Assembly (NCBI GenBank): GCA_002816875.1
Contig: MUCP01000016.1
Coordinates: forward strand, 125-64,124
Reading direction: 5' to 3'
DNA: 64,000 nucleotides
From: SAR202 cluster bacterium Io17-Chloro-G2
Lineage (GTDB): Bacteria; Chloroflexota; Dehalococcoidia; Lucifugimonadales; UBA3495
The position numbers and the translations under genes were made by a program. Positions 9,903 through 19,928 of the stretch are shown piece after piece. Position 1 is the stretch's first letter, and every line of letters starts with the position of its first letter. Below the pieces are notes generated by a model that did no database searches, was not told where the DNA came from, and saw nothing but the letters and a program-made list of their open reading frames with translations.

Positions 9903-11741
9903 TTAACGCCTGCCCCGTTCCTGCCGGTGGGCTTCCAAGACATCGCCTTGTTCGAATTCGTTGAAGCCTTGGACAGTGACGCCACAGTCCGAGCCGGCGG
10001 TCATCTCCGTTACTTCATCCCGGAAGTGGCGAAGGGTGGCGATGGTTGATTCGTGGATGAGTTTGCCATCGCGCATGATCCGGATGTCGGCCCCGCGGTT
10101 GATGTGGCCATCGGTGACCCTGCAACCGGCTATCTGAACCCCACGGCGGGAAGGGAATATCTCACGAATCTCCGCCTGGCCCACCACCACATCGGTGAAA
10201 ACCGGCTCCAGCATTCCGTGGAGGGCCAGCTCTATGTCATCGGTGAGTTGATAGATGATGTTGTAATGGCGGATTTCCACGCCCATGCGGTTGGCAAGGC
10301 GCTCGGCGCTGGGTTCGACTCCGACTGTGAAGCCGATGACTATGGCCTCGGAGGCGCTGGCCAGCATGACATCCGATTCGGTTATAGCACCGGGCCCGGA
10401 ATGTATTACACGGACCTTGATAGCTTCCTCGGAGAGAATCTCCACAGCCCCCCGCACTGCCTCCACACTACCCTGAACATCGGCCTTCAACACCAAGTTG
10501 AGTTCTTTCAGGGTGCCAGCCGATTGGTGCACCACTTCTTCTAGGGTTAGCGCCCTGGACTGGACCGACTGTGAGGAGGCTAGTTTCTGGCGGTCTTCCG
10601 CTGTGGAGCGGGCGGTCCTTTCGTTGGGGACCGCCAAGAGCGCGTCTCCGGCCTCTGGCGGGGCGTTGAATCCAAGGACTTCGGCCGGGGTCCCCGGCGG
10701 GACATCTGTGATGGTTTGCCCCTGTTCGTCGGTGATGGCCCTCACCCGGCCCCAGGCGCCGCCGGCCGACACGTAGTCACCCACCTTAAGAGTGCCGTCG
10801 TGCACCAGAATGGTGGCTGTTGGACCGCGTTTGCGGTCCAGTTTGGCTTCGATGATGGTGCCGGAGGCTGATTTATTGGGATTGGCCTTCAATTCGGCCA
10901 ACTCCGCCACCAGAAGGATGTTCTCCATCAAACCGTCTATGCCATCGCCGGTCTTGGCCGAGACTTCGCTGGAGATCACGTCTCCGCCCCAGTCTTCTAC
11001 CAGCATGTTCTGCTCGCTCAACTGCCGTTTTACCCGTTCCGGGTCGGCCCCAGGCAAGTCCATCTTGTTGATGGCCACGATTATGGGAACGTCGGCGGCC
11101 TTGGCGTGGTTCAATGCCTCCAGGGTCTGGGGCATGAGACCGTCGTCGGCAGCCACCACCAGCACGGCGATGTCAGTCACCCTGGCGCCCCGGGCCCTGA
11201 TGGCCGTGAAGGCGGCGTGGCCGGGCGTATCCAGGAATGTCACGGGCTGGTCATTGAAGACCGCCTGGTAGGCGCCGATGTGCTGGGTGATTCCGCCAAC
11301 CTCTCGCTCGGCCACTTGGGTGCGGCGAATCGTGTCCAACAGGGCAGTTTTACCGTGGTCCACGTGACCTAGGATCGTGACCACCGGAGGGCGTGGCGCC
11401 AGCTCGGCATCCTCCTGGGGTCTCTGGGTTGCTGCCTTTGCGGCCGACGCTGCCGATTCCGGTTCGGCCATGGTGGTATGGATGCCGAATGCGGTGGTCA
11501 CCAATGTGGCCATTTGGTAGTCGATGATCTGGTTCATGGAGGCCATGACGCCATTCCGCATCAACTGTTTGATGACATCAATGGGGTTCTGGTCGGTAAG
11601 TTCAGAAAGGCGTTGGACGCTTAATGTTTCCGGCAGCACCAGCACGCGGGTTTGGGTGCGGCGCGGCGTTCTAGTTCTGCTCGAAGGCCTGTCTCCGGCG
11701 GCGCCGCCGTCGGCCACGCCCGGTTTTGCATCGGAAGTCAT
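9903..11741 (-). CDS. infB: Translation initiation factor IF-2
   Basis: GTPase motifs [13 protein letters not shown] and NKMD, plus the conserved C-terminal domains. Confidence 0.96.
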   Translation of the reverse strand: MTSDAKPGVADGGAAGDRPSSRTRTPRRTQTRVLVLPETLSVQRLSELTDQNPIDVIKQLMRNGVMASMNQIIDYQMATLVTTAFGIHTTMAEPESAASAAKAATQRPQEDAELAPRPPVVTILGHVDHGKTALLDTIRRTQVAEREVGGITQHIGAYQAVFNDQPVTFLDTPGHAAFTAIRARGARVTDIAVLVVAADDGLMPQTLEALNHAKAADVPIIVAINKMDLPGADPERVKRQLSEQNMLVEDWGGDVISSEVSAKTGDGIDGLMENILLVAELAELKANPNKSASGTIIEAKLDRKRGPTATILVHDGTLKVGDYVSAGGAWGRVRAITDEQGQTITDVPPGTPAEVLGFNAPPEAGDALLAVPNERTARSTAEDRQKLASSQSVQSRALTLEEVVHQSAGTLKELNLVLKADVQGSVEAVRGAVEILSEEAIKVRVIHSGPGAITESDVMLASASEAIVIGFTVGVEPSAERLANRMGVEIRHYNIIYQLTDDIELALHGMLEPVFTDVVVGQAEIREIFPSRRGVQIAGCRVTDGHINRGADIRIMRDGKLIHESTIATLRHFRDEVTEMTAGSDCGVTVQGFNEFEQGDVLEAHRQERGRR

Positions 11742-11744
11742 TTG

Positions 11745-12038
11745 TCAGTTCTCCCTAGAGGGTGCGGCCGCGATGGCTTGAAATTCAGAGTACAGGTTGT
11801 CCAGGTCTGCGGGGTTGGCATCGACGTTTAGCCGGCGGAAAAGGGTTCCCTTCTCGGTTCCCTTCTTCCAGCAGGTGGATTGGCGGCAGAAGTAAGCCCC
11901 ACGGCCGGGGTTTTTACCGGTGGTGTCTAGCAAGAGGCTGCCTTGGGGGGTCCCCACGACACGCACCAACTCTCTCTTGGGACGTTTTTGCCCACAACCG
12001 ACACAGGTGCGTTCGGGTATGTGTCTAGGTTTGGCCAC
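11745..12038 (-). CDS. ylxR: YlxR/RnpM (DUF448) RNA-binding protein
   Basis: ERTCVGCGQKRPKRELVRVV...GRGAYFC, located between nusA and infB. The start is placed at the GTG after the nusA stop; the maximal ORF runs to 12170 and overlaps nusA. Confidence 0.75.
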   Translation of the reverse strand: MAKPRHIPERTCVGCGQKRPKRELVRVVGTPQGSLLLDTTGKNPGRGAYFCRQSTCWKKGTEKGTLFRRLNVDANPADLDNLYSEFQAIAAAPSREN

Positions 12039-12087
12039 CGCTTCCCCAAGGCCAAAAATTCGTCCGTAAGGGCCGTTCTTGGAAGGT

Positions 12088-13677
12088 CTACCTTCCGCCG
12101 CGGGCGCCTCCCCTGGCGCCTCCGCCACGCCGGCCTCTCCGGCCGGTCCGACCGCCTCGAACGTCCTCAATTAGGTCTTCGGCAAACCTGATCTTGCCCG
12201 CGTCCGGAGCTAGGGCCGCTAGGTCGGGCAATTCGGGCAATTCAGGCAGCGCGTCTTCCTCGTCTTCCTCGTCGTCTTCAAGAGGACCAACATCGTCCAA
12301 GGTAAACGACTGGAGTTCTTCCACGCTGAGGCCTGCGGATTCTTCCCCGGCCCCGTCGGCCACTGGTGACTCTTCCTCTTCGCGGATCAGAGCTTCCAAC
12401 AGTTGGTCTTCGTCCAAGGACTCTGCCACTTCGGCGGTGGGCGCTGACGTTTCCTGTGCCTCTGCTTCAGGTTCCGCCACCGTTTGGGCCGGCGCATCTT
12501 CAGTGGCGGGCTCGATTTCCGTGGCTAATTCCGCGACGGGAGTTTCCGCCTCGACACCGCTTTCTTCTGCGATTTCTGCTACGGCTTCTTCTTTTTGAGC
12601 CAATGCTTGTTGGCGCAGCCGTTCTTCCCGGACCTGCTCCCATTCGGTCATGCCCTTGATGTCCAGCCGGTAACCGGTGAGCCGGGCGGCCAGCCGGGCG
12701 TTTTGGCCTTCCTTGCCTATGGCCAGGGAAAGTTGGCGGTCAGGCACCACCACGGTGGCTGTCTGGCCGTCGTCGGCGAATTCCACCTCCACGACTTCCG
12801 ACGGGCTGAGGGCCTTGGAAATGAACACCTTAGGGTCTTTGTCCCAGGCGACAACGTCGATCTTCTCGCCTTGAAGCTCGTTGACGATGCTTTGAATACG
12901 GTTCCCGCGCACCCCGATGCATGAGCCCACAGGATCTATGCCCTGCTGGGTGGCGTTGACCGCTACCTTGCTGCGAAAGCCGGCATCCCTGGCGATGGCC
13001 TTGATTTCCACCACGCCGTTGTAGACTTCCGGCACCTCGATCTCGAACAAACGCTTGAGCATGTTGCGGTGGCTGCGGGAGACGAGTATTTCCGGCCCTT
13101 TGGGGGAATTGCGCACGCTGATCACGAAGACCTTGGTGCGTTGACCCTTACGGTACCTCTCGGTGGGCACCTGCTCTTCGAAGGGCAGGATAGCTTGGGC
13201 CCTTCCCAGTTCCACCATTACCGCCCTGCCGTTTTCCGGCTGGTCGATCACGCCGGATACTATGTCCCCTTCGTGCTGTAGGAACTCTTGGTAAAGAAGC
13301 TCGCGTTCAGCTTCCCGCAACCGTTGCAGAACCACTTGTTTGGCGGTCTGGGCGGCAATACGGCTGGCGTTGTGGGGCAGCGGCTCCTCTGCGGCCACTT
13401 CGTCGCCTAAAGACGCGTTTTTCTTGATCACCTGGGCGTCGGTGACGGTTATCTCCCGCTCTGGGTCTTCAACCTCGTCCACCACCATCTTGAGGGCGTA
13501 GACATTCACTTCCCCAGTGTTGGGGTTGAGCTTCACCGAAATATTCTGACCGGAAGCAGGATTATCTTTTTTAAACGCGGATGCAAGCGCCACCTCTATG
13601 GCCTGAAGCACCTGCTCCCTGGGGAGATGGCGCTCTGCCGCGAGCTGGGTCAACGCTATCAAAAAATCACTTTTCAT
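12088..13677 (-). CDS. nusA: Transcription termination/antitermination factor NusA with an acidic linker and an RGG-rich tail
   Basis: [37 protein letters not shown]..., S1 and KH regions ([29 protein letters not shown]). The ATG at 13677 is preceded by GGAGGG; the ORF track extends to 13809. Confidence 0.93.
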   Translation of the reverse strand: MKSDFLIALTQLAAERHLPREQVLQAIEVALASAFKKDNPASGQNISVKLNPNTGEVNVYALKMVVDEVEDPEREITVTDAQVIKKNASLGDEVAAEEPLPHNASRIAAQTAKQVVLQRLREAERELLYQEFLQHEGDIVSGVIDQPENGRAVMVELGRAQAILPFEEQVPTERYRKGQRTKVFVISVRNSPKGPEILVSRSHRNMLKRLFEIEVPEVYNGVVEIKAIARDAGFRSKVAVNATQQGIDPVGSCIGVRGNRIQSIVNELQGEKIDVVAWDKDPKVFISKALSPSEVVEVEFADDGQTATVVVPDRQLSLAIGKEGQNARLAARLTGYRLDIKGMTEWEQVREERLRQQALAQKEEAVAEIAEESGVEAETPVAELATEIEPATEDAPAQTVAEPEAEAQETSAPTAEVAESLDEDQLLEALIREEEESPVADGAGEESAGLSVEELQSFTLDDVGPLEDDEEDEEDALPELPELPDLAALAPDAGKIRFAEDLIEDVRGGRTGRRGRRGGGARGGARGGR

Positions 13678-13990
13678 TGCGATGCACCCTCCGGTCAAGC
13701 CCGTTCCGGCCTGGCCTTGTTTCCTTACAGCAAGAAAGCGGGTGGAACCCGCTTTCAAATGAGAGGGACTATGTGACGCAAGTATAGCATCGCGGATGGG
13801 CGGTTTCAAGTGGCCACGCCTAGTTCCAGGCGTGGACCCGCATGGGCTTGGGGGTAGCGAGACGATGAAGCCGGGGTGCTGGAAATAGGTTCGTGGAAAA
13901 CGAGAGGGTCGATAGGGGGCTAACTTTTTGATACCTTCAGTTGGTTCTTCCTACTGATAGCGAAACGGGCAAAACCACACGCCCGGATAT

Positions 13991-14941
13991 TCACCACCAT
14001 ATCTTCCCTTTGGACTCCTTGGCCAACTCATCGTAATCTTTGGTCCAAAGGCTGGTGCTGAGGTATTTCCACCCACCGTCGGCCAGTAGGCAGACGATGT
14101 TACCTTCTTCCATTCTTTCCGCTTGGCGCATGGCGGCGTACACCACCGATCCCGAGGAGATACCAGCGAAGATGCCTTCTTGGAGCAGCAATTCCTTGGT
14201 AGTCCGGAAGGCGTCCATACTGCCGACCAAAATCCTGGAATCCAGCATGTCCAGGTCCAGGATGGGAGGAATGAATCCTTGGTCCAGGTCCCGTAACCCA
14301 GATATGAAATCGTCGGGCTCCGGCGCAACCGCCACGATTTTGATGGCTGGATTGTGCTCCTTCAACCGGCGACCTACGCCCATGAGGGTTCCGCCGGTGC
14401 CCAGGCCGGCGACGAACATAGTTGTGTCGGGCATGGTATCGATTATCTCTTGACCGGTGGTTTCGTAGTGAGCGCCAGGATTGCCTTCGTTGCCGTATTG
14501 GTAGGGCATGAAGTAGTCATGGGGGTGTTTTTCGACCATTTCCTGGGCCACCACGATGGACCCGTTGGTGCCCAGTGTCCCGTCGGAATTGAAAATCTCG
14601 GCGCCGTAGGCCTGCAGCAATTGGGCCCGCTCCACGCTGACGTTCTCCGGCATGACCACGGCCACTTTGTAGCCTTTTAACCTGCCCACCATGGCCAATG
14701 ATATGCCGGTGTTCCCGCTGGTGGGCTCCAGGATGGTCCGGTTGGCGCTGATCTCACCATTGCGCTCGGCCTGATCGATCATTTTGAGGGCGATGCGGTC
14801 TTTTACGCTGCCGGTGGGGTTTTGACCCTCCAACTTGGCGAAGATGCGGACGCCCGGCTTGGGGCTCATGCGCTGCAGTTCCACCATGGGAGTGTTGCCG
14901 ATGGCCGCGAGGATCCCTTTATAAGCCAGCCTTGTCACCAT
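13991..14941 (-). CDS. cysM: PLP-dependent cysteine synthase, CysM-type (resembles the CysO-thiocarboxylate-dependent enzymes of mycobacteria)
   Basis: GNTPMV, NPTGSVKDR, EPTSGNTGISLA, GLGTGGT, and a C-terminal GGWKYLSTSLW...W tail. The subtype call is from memory of M. tuberculosis CysM. Confidence 0.85.
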   Translation of the reverse strand: MVTRLAYKGILAAIGNTPMVELQRMSPKPGVRIFAKLEGQNPTGSVKDRIALKMIDQAERNGEISANRTILEPTSGNTGISLAMVGRLKGYKVAVVMPENVSVERAQLLQAYGAEIFNSDGTLGTNGSIVVAQEMVEKHPHDYFMPYQYGNEGNPGAHYETTGQEIIDTMPDTTMFVAGLGTGGTLMGVGRRLKEHNPAIKIVAVAPEPDDFISGLRDLDQGFIPPILDLDMLDSRILVGSMDAFRTTKELLLQEGIFAGISSGSVVYAAMRQAERMEEGNIVCLLADGGWKYLSTSLWTKDYDELAKESKGKIWW

Positions 14942-15140
14942 GATTTCGTGTATTTACTCACCAAGATTGATGCGTCCCCCGGTTGGCGCGTAAAAAAGGA
15001 ACGCGAGTCTGAGGGTCACGCGGTTATTCGATTAGGTCCGAGATCTCTCGATTGGATGCTGGTTATGGCGCAAAAATTCCCGCCAACCTGGCTCCAATCA
15101 CTGAACAAGGGCATCCCTAAGGGAACGTCGCGGCGTGGGG

Positions 15141-15989
15141 CTAGTCTGAACCTACCCCTACCCCGGCTGCCTCTGGCTCCGTCAATCCGCAGAAAATCTC
15201 GTAATCGATGAGCTCGGTCACCGTGGGGTTGTCGCCGCACAGCGGACATGCCGGGTTTCTCTTGAGTTTTACCTCCCGGAAATTCATGCTCAACGCGTCG
15301 ATGAGCAACAGACGTGAGCTCAGGCTCTCGCCGATGCCCAAAATCAGTTTCAGCGCCTCGGTGGCCTGGATGCTACCCACCAGACCCGTGAGGGCGCCCA
15401 AAACGCCGGCTTCGGCGCAGTTGGGGACCATTCCCGGAGGAGGCGGCGATGGGAACAAGCACCGGTAGCATCCCTGGCCGGGGATAAAGACGGTGGCTTG
15501 GCCGTCGAAGATCAAAATGCTGCCGTCCACCAGGGGCTTGCCCGAAAGATAGGCGGCGTCATTGACCAGGTAGCGGGTGGCGAAGTTGTCGGCCCCGTTG
15601 ATCACCAGGTCGTATTGGCCGATGATGTCCATGGCGTTGCTGGATTCCAGCCGGTCGCCGTGCATCACAACGTTTACGTCGGGATTGTAGGAATTGATGT
15701 TGTCTCTGGCGGATTCCAACTTTGGCCGGCCTATGTCGGCGGTGTGGTGCAAGATCTGGCGCTGCAGGTTGGAGATTTCCACCACATCGAAGTCGACGAT
15801 GCCGATGGTGCCCACTCCTGCCAGGGCCAGGTAGATGGCTGATGGAGAACCAAGGCCGCCGGCCCCCACTATCAGGGCTTTGGCGCCCATCAGGTTCCTC
15901 TGGCCGTTGCTGCCCACATCGCCCATGATGATATGGCGGCTGTACCGCTTGACTTGTTCTGGTGTTAATTTGATGGGTTGCTCAGCCAT
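15141..15989 (-). CDS. moeB: ThiF/MoeB-family E1-like adenylyltransferase (no rhodanese domain)
   Basis: RYSRHIIM...VGAGGLGSP..., CxxC pairs CYRC and CPLC; AGGAGG RBS. Confidence 0.85.
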   Translation of the reverse strand: MAEQPIKLTPEQVKRYSRHIIMGDVGSNGQRNLMGAKALIVGAGGLGSPSAIYLALAGVGTIGIVDFDVVEISNLQRQILHHTADIGRPKLESARDNINSYNPDVNVVMHGDRLESSNAMDIIGQYDLVINGADNFATRYLVNDAAYLSGKPLVDGSILIFDGQATVFIPGQGCYRCLFPSPPPPGMVPNCAEAGVLGALTGLVGSIQATEALKLILGIGESLSSRLLLIDALSMNFREVKLKRNPACPLCGDNPTVTELIDYEIFCGLTEPEAAGVGVGSD

Positions 15990-16093
15990 GTTTCCTGTTC
16001 CTCCTAATTTACCTTTTGGCGATGCCTTTGGCGCCTTGAATATGCTGGGAGCCGCCGGCCGTTACGGTTCATATTTGGATAATCGAATCCCAT

Positions 16094-16140
16094 AAAAAAA
16101 CCCGCGCTTCCCCAAAGGAATTTCCCTGGATGGGCGCAGG
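16094..16140 (-). terminator. Intrinsic terminator inside the moeB-cysM leader (attenuator 3:4 hairpin)
   Basis: Minus strand: CCTGCGCccatCCAGGGaaattCCTTTGGggaaGCGCGGG followed by TTTTTTT. Confidence 0.65.
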
Positions 16141-16167
16141 CTGGCTACTGGTGTATTAGCCCGCTCC

Positions 16168-16221
16168 CTATGTAGGGAGACAGGTACACGCGCAGGTTGA
16201 TTCAAATGTTATCAGAGCCAT
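16168..16221 (-). CDS. Candidate Cys-rich leader peptide MALITFESTCACTCLPT
   Basis: 17 codons plus TAG, hand-translated, with 3 Cys codons within 5 positions. It lies between the promoter-like hexamers and the terminator. Confidence 0.5.
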   Translation of the reverse strand: MALITFESTCACTCLPT

Positions 16222-16231
16222 ATGTAAATTG

Positions 16232-16260
16232 AGTCTAGTCCCGGTGTAGGAAGTTGTCAA
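16232..16260 (-). promoter_or_regulatory. Sigma-70-type promoter candidate for the leader and moeB-cysM
   Basis: Minus strand: TTGACA (16260-16255), 17 nt, TAGACT (16237-16232). The leader ATG is about 10 nt downstream of the -10 element, so the transcript would be near-leaderless. Confidence 0.45.
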
Positions 16261-16508
16261 CCGCAATCGGCTACGGCAGTTGAGTATACCTAAGGGCCAT
16301 CATACCGCCGTGGCATCAAGACGAACCCGCGGCTTCGGCTATCAGCTTTGCTTTCAATTGTACGCCCAAAACCCTGAATTGGAGATGACCGTGGCGAGGG
16401 GGCCCCACGAGTGGTATCCTGGCGCGGGACTAAACCGGCGCCGCTCCAGGCGTGGAATTCTCATTGTTGAGGACCCTAATAAACGATCCAAGCCTGTAAA
16501 GAGGGAAA

Positions 16509-18005
16509 ATGGCACTTCAAAACATGGATCAGAACGCATGGCTCCCGAATCGATGGGACCATGAAGCCGATGTGGTGATCGTCGGCTTCGGCGCCGCCGG
16601 CGCTGCCGCTGCCCTAACCGTCCATGATGCCGGCGTCTCCATTCTGATGTTGGAAAAAGCCCCCGAAGGACAAGAAGGGGGAAACACCCGGGTGGCCGGC
16701 CAGGGGTACCTTAACGCCACGCCGGTGGACGACGCCATTACTTACTTCAAAGCCATGGCCGGGCCCTACGCCGTTCCCGATGAGATGATACAGGCGTGGG
16801 CTGAAGAGGGCGCCAAAAACAATGATTGGGTCAGGAGCATTGGCGGTGACCCTCAAGAGCACCAGCATCAACCGGTGGGCATAGAGTTTCCCGAGTTGCC
16901 GGGTTCCAACAGCGTTCACAAGTACCACCATGGCGAAACGACAGGGTACTCCGGAACATGGATGTTGTTTGAACGGGCGGTTAGAGAAAGGAATATTCCG
17001 GTCATGTACCAGACTCCGGGAAAGGAGTTGATCCAAAACCCTCTGACCAGGGAAATACTGGGGATCAAAGCGGAGCAGGGCGGCAGGCCCGTTTACGTGA
17101 AGGCCAAACGGGCGGTGATCTTGACCTGTGGAGGTTTTGAGAACAACCTGGAGATGATCAGAAATTATCTTCCGGGCATCCCATACTGCTATACCACCGG
17201 CACGCCGTACAACGAGGGGGACGGCGTACGAATGGGGATGGAAGTAGGGGCCGATCTGTGGCACATGAACAACTTTGCCGGCCCTTCAATGGGCTTGAAG
17301 GTCCCTGAATACCGGACGAGGTTTTCCATGATCGCCCTGCATTTCTCCAAAGAGATGCACGGCGGAATGATAGTGGTCGGGCCTGAAGGGGATAGGTTTG
17401 GCGATGAGAAATACAAGACCTCCCATGGAAAGATCAAGGTCTCAGGCCGTTGGGGACCAATGGCCGTGCCCTGCCCCATGTACATGATCGTGGACCACAC
17501 TCTGTTTTCCTCGGGTCCCATGTACGACAAAGACCCCAGCCACGCCTGGAATCCGATTGTCGATAGGTACGACTGGAGCGGCGACAACAGTGCCGAACTG
17601 GCCAAAGGCTGGATCAAGACGGCGGACACTATTCCAGACTTGGCCCGGATCATCGGCGTGGACCCATCCAACCTGGATGGGAGCGTCAGGCGTTGGAACA
17701 GCCATTGCCATGGGGAGGAAGACCAGGATTTTGGCCGGACCAAGATGCTGGCGCCTTTGAGCCAACCCCCATTCTATGCCGTTGAGCTAGCGCCTTCCAT
17801 GCTCAACACCCAGGGCGGTCCCAGACGAAACGAAAAGGCGCAGGTGGTGCGGCCAGACGGAACGCCCATTCCCCGTCTGTACAGCGCCGGGGAACTGGGG
17901 TCCATGTTCAGCTATCTATATCAGGGGACCGGCAACATTGGCGAATGTCTTTCCTTTGGACGTATCTCGGGCCGCAACGCCGCGGCGGAGAGGCCTTGGG
18001 AATAA
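16509..18005 (+). CDS. FAD-binding oxidoreductase (fumarate reductase / KstD-like flavoprotein family)
   Basis: DVVIVGFGAAGAAAAL...LEK...GGNT dinucleotide fold; C-terminal SAGELGS...GNIGECLSFGR. Confidence 0.8.
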   Translation: MALQNMDQNAWLPNRWDHEADVVIVGFGAAGAAAALTVHDAGVSILMLEKAPEGQEGGNTRVAGQGYLNATPVDDAITYFKAMAGPYAVPDEMIQAWAEEGAKNNDWVRSIGGDPQEHQHQPVGIEFPELPGSNSVHKYHHGETTGYSGTWMLFERAVRERNIPVMYQTPGKELIQNPLTREILGIKAEQGGRPVYVKAKRAVILTCGGFENNLEMIRNYLPGIPYCYTTGTPYNEGDGVRMGMEVGADLWHMNNFAGPSMGLKVPEYRTRFSMIALHFSKEMHGGMIVVGPEGDRFGDEKYKTSHGKIKVSGRWGPMAVPCPMYMIVDHTLFSSGPMYDKDPSHAWNPIVDRYDWSGDNSAELAKGWIKTADTIPDLARIIGVDPSNLDGSVRRWNSHCHGEEDQDFGRTKMLAPLSQPPFYAVELAPSMLNTQGGPRRNEKAQVVRPDGTPIPRLYSAGELGSMFSYLYQGTGNIGECLSFGRISGRNAAAERPWE

Positions 18006-18096
18006 CGATTGAGATGCCGGGTTGATTCAGCCGGGTTGATTCAGTACGGTGGTTTCAGCCCGTTGGGGGGAGGATGAGAAACGCCGCCAGAATCGG

Positions 18097-19182
18097 CTAA
18101 GCTCGTTTGGCGATCACTTCCCGGCCAAAGTCTTGGATAAGGTCCCGGGCCGCTTGGGCGCCGGTGACCGAGATGGCGACGTTGTCGATGCCGGCGGCTT
18201 CCATCCCCTCCAGGCGTTCGATGATCTCCGGTCCGCTGCCCGTGAGGGTCTTGGCCAGGGCCTCCTGCGTGACGAAGGCCTCTTCTCCGGGTTTTAGGAA
18301 AACCATGTGCCCCCGATGAACTTCCAGATAGAGACGGTCAGCCTCCGTCCCATTTTCCCTGGCGAACTTTCTAATATAGGCGTCATACGCGCCCGAACTT
18401 TGGGGGTCAGGGCGAACCCCCAGGTCCGCTCCAGGCCCATGGTCCGCCTCCCACTGGGCGTGCAATAAGGGCAGTATGTTGGGGCCAACCTGCGCCATCA
18501 CCCGTTCAGACGCCGGCGGCTCGCCTTCCCGTAGTACGCAACCGTTGGTCAGGGCCACGGTGTAGGGCTTAGCCGTGCTCAGTCCTGCTTTCTCCGCGGC
18601 GTCGCTCATCGCGGCGAAGTCCCGCTCCAGATTTCTTCCTGCCCGGGCCGTCACCCAGCCATCGGCAAGCTCGGCGGCAGCCTCCAGCGCCCTGGGTCCA
18701 TTGGCCGCGAGATAGATCGGAATGGGGTCTTTGATATTGATGAAACTCTCCCGGTCTGCGTGCACCAACCGGATCCAACGCTCTCGTTTCCTCTCCCGAA
18801 ACAGCACGTCTTCACCGCGCAGCAAGCCCCGTACCTGCTGGGTATACTCCTTCAACCCAGCCACCGGCACCGGAGGCAATCCCATGGTGTTCCGCCCCGT
18901 GTAGCCCGTTCCCAACGCCAAGATCACGCGGCCGGGCGCCAATTTATTGATTGTCGCTATCGCCGAGGCCGTAACGGGCGCGATGCGGTTGCTGGGGATC
19001 GCCACCAGTGTTCCCAACCGAATGCGGCTGGTGTTCTGGGCGGCCAACGCCATGGTGGCGTAGACGTCGCTGTAGATCAGCTGGGAGTCGTAAAACCACG
19101 CGTGGGTGAACCCCGCCGCCTCGGCCGCTTGCACCTCCCGCCATGCGTCGATGTATGACGGAAGCGCTATCCCATAGTCCAT
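18097..19182 (-). CDS. LLM-class (luciferase-like) flavin/F420-dependent oxidoreductase
   Basis: GFTHAWFYDSQ..., LGTGYTG, and the typical LLM length and layout. Confidence 0.75.
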   Translation of the reverse strand: MDYGIALPSYIDAWREVQAAEAAGFTHAWFYDSQLIYSDVYATMALAAQNTSRIRLGTLVAIPSNRIAPVTASAIATINKLAPGRVILALGTGYTGRNTMGLPPVPVAGLKEYTQQVRGLLRGEDVLFRERKRERWIRLVHADRESFINIKDPIPIYLAANGPRALEAAAELADGWVTARAGRNLERDFAAMSDAAEKAGLSTAKPYTVALTNGCVLREGEPPASERVMAQVGPNILPLLHAQWEADHGPGADLGVRPDPQSSGAYDAYIRKFARENGTEADRLYLEVHRGHMVFLKPGEEAFVTQEALAKTLTGSGPEIIERLEGMEAAGIDNVAISVTGAQAARDLIQDFGREVIAKRA

Positions 19183-19321
19183 CGGTCTCCCCTAACAGAC
19201 CTGGTTAGCCCAGGCACACTCTTGATTTTGGCCGCAAGTAGAAGGCGTGGAATTCCCCTGGATCGGGCTATACCAGCCCGGAGAGGAAACAAAATGGGGA
19301 GGCAGTCTAAGGGGAAGGGGG

Positions 19322-19750
19322 TTAGACCCGTGATCCGGCCAGGCTCTTTTGCCGCTGTGAAAGGTCAGCCAGGGTGATATTGCCCAAGACTTCCTGGACG
19401 GCGTCTTCCACCGATTTCCAAACTTCCTGTTGAGCACAGGACTCGGACAACGCGCAGTCTTCCGGATTGATGAAGCAATCCAACGGGGAGGTGTTTCCAT
19501 CCAGGGTGCTCATAACCATGCCCAGGTTGATCTCTGCCGGCGCCATGGCCAATTTGTGCCCGCCCTGGGGCCCCCGGCGGCTGATGACAAAGCCGAACTT
19601 ATTGAGGGTGGTCATCAACTGGTCCAGGTAGGCTTCGGGTATACCCTGCCGGTAGGCGATGTCGGCGGTCCTTATCTGGCCTTCACCGTACACGGAGGCC
19701 AATTCAACCAGCGCCCGAACCCCATAGTCCACTTTCATTGGGATTCTCAT
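19322..19750 (-). CDS. Rrf2-family transcriptional regulator with three Cys cluster ligands
   Basis: MRIPMKVDYGVRALVELA...ISRRGPQGGHKLA, and C-x6-C-x5-C (DCFINPEDCALSESC). The ATG at 19750 has a GGAGGTGG RBS. Confidence 0.85.
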   Translation of the reverse strand: MRIPMKVDYGVRALVELASVYGEGQIRTADIAYRQGIPEAYLDQLMTTLNKFGFVISRRGPQGGHKLAMAPAEINLGMVMSTLDGNTSPLDCFINPEDCALSESCAQQEVWKSVEDAVQEVLGNITLADLSQRQKSLAGSRV

Positions 19751-19928
19751 GACCACCTCCATCAGGCTCGAACCCTCGGGCCCCAACCAGGAAATTATAG
19801 CATTTGACAAGGGCCTTTTCCAACATAGTCTATTGGCTTACCCGACAACAGGTTGACTGGAAGGGGAATAGGGTTGGACCAAGTATCGCCGCCGCCGGAC
19901 TTTCAAGGGCCTGGGCCTTCAGCCTGGG

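Noticed and set aside
12194-12659. Ser-rich and Pro/Leu-rich plus-strand ORFs, and apparent tandem repetition at 12.2-12.6 kb.
   Set aside because: This is the antisense of the acidic (E/D/A-rich) low-complexity linker of NusA. The effect is compositional, not a repeat element.
13678-13990. Absence of rimP upstream of nusA, and the hairpin CCACGCCT-agttcc-AGGCGTGG at 13814-13835.
   Set aside because: There is no ORF of rimP size in the 313-bp gap, so rimP is simply not at the canonical position. The hairpin lacks a U-tract on either strand, so I did not call it a terminator.
14942-15140. Small sulfur-carrier (ThiS/MoaD/CysO-like) ORF in the moeB-cysM spacer.
   Set aside because: All three minus-strand frames were translated by hand. 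There is no ORF ending in Gly-Gly and none longer than about 30 codons.
18016-18043. Perfect 14-bp tandem duplication, gccgggttgattca twice, between the convergent FAD-oxidoreductase and LLM genes.
   Set aside because: It is an isolated two-unit slippage-type duplication with no hairpin, ORF or further copies. It is probably neutral.
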